From Cetorhinus maximus (taxonomy: Eukaryota): a stretch of DNA of 64,000 nucleotides. Positions 63,743-64,000 of the stretch are shown here, piece by piece (positions within the stretch are counted from its first letter, which is position 1; each line of letters begins with the position of its first letter). Location of the stretch: contig NC_135881.1 of assembly GCF_964194155.1 (NCBI RefSeq), positions 29,450,001-29,514,000 on the forward strand, in the 5' to 3' direction. Under the pieces are notes generated by a model. The model did no database searches. It was given only the letters and a program-made list of their open reading frames with translations, and was not told the DNA's origin. Position numbers and translations under genes: made by a program.

Positions 63743-64000
63743 GGAACTGTCACTCTGGCTCCAGATAAGAAGGAGTCATGAAGAGGATCATGTGATCCAC
63801 TTTGAATTCTGCCTGACAACAAGCCTGAATGACCCAGGGTCAGGGAGGTCCAGGGTGACGCTTACTGGGAGCAAAGTGTAAGATATTCACATCTGAAAAA
63901 AAAAGGCAAGAGCTGCTGTGGATAGACTTTTAGTCTTCAGGTTTGGGCAGAAAAAAGAGAAAGAGGGAGGTCTCAGCACAGAAAAAGGTTGCAGCTAGTG

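Overview
Eukaryotic, repeat-saturated vertebrate DNA, most likely from a shark or other cartilaginous fish (inferred from the repeat families and the receptor sequence). There are no prokaryotic features and no CRISPR array. The only host gene recognised is the 3' half of a class-B GPCR, VIPR2 (VPAC2), on the - strand. Its last four coding exons are 37008-36917, 35015-34886, 34790-34749 and 26306-26151, all with canonical GT-AG junctions in a consistent phase. The next upstream exon was not found, so 37009-64000 is probably one large intron. The rest is largely transposable elements. (1) Four decayed PIF/Harbinger elements carry a DDE transposase and/or a convergent three-exon Myb/SANT-like gene. 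(2) About nine Harbinger-derived MITEs of about 0.7 kb are built as chains of hairpins. (3) Penelope-like elements carry minimal hammerhead-ribozyme motifs. (4) CR1, L2, RTE and CR1/Crack-like LINEs, tRNA-headed and Deu-type SINEs, and solo LTRs are present, many nested 3-4 deep with readable target-site duplications (TSDs). The most interesting leads are an apparently ORF1-less LINE whose 5' UTR is a tRNA-derived Pol III head shared with its own bipartite SINE, the co-varying multi-hairpin MITE family, and tiny hammerhead-bearing Penelope-like insertions. All calls come from manual reading; no database search was run.
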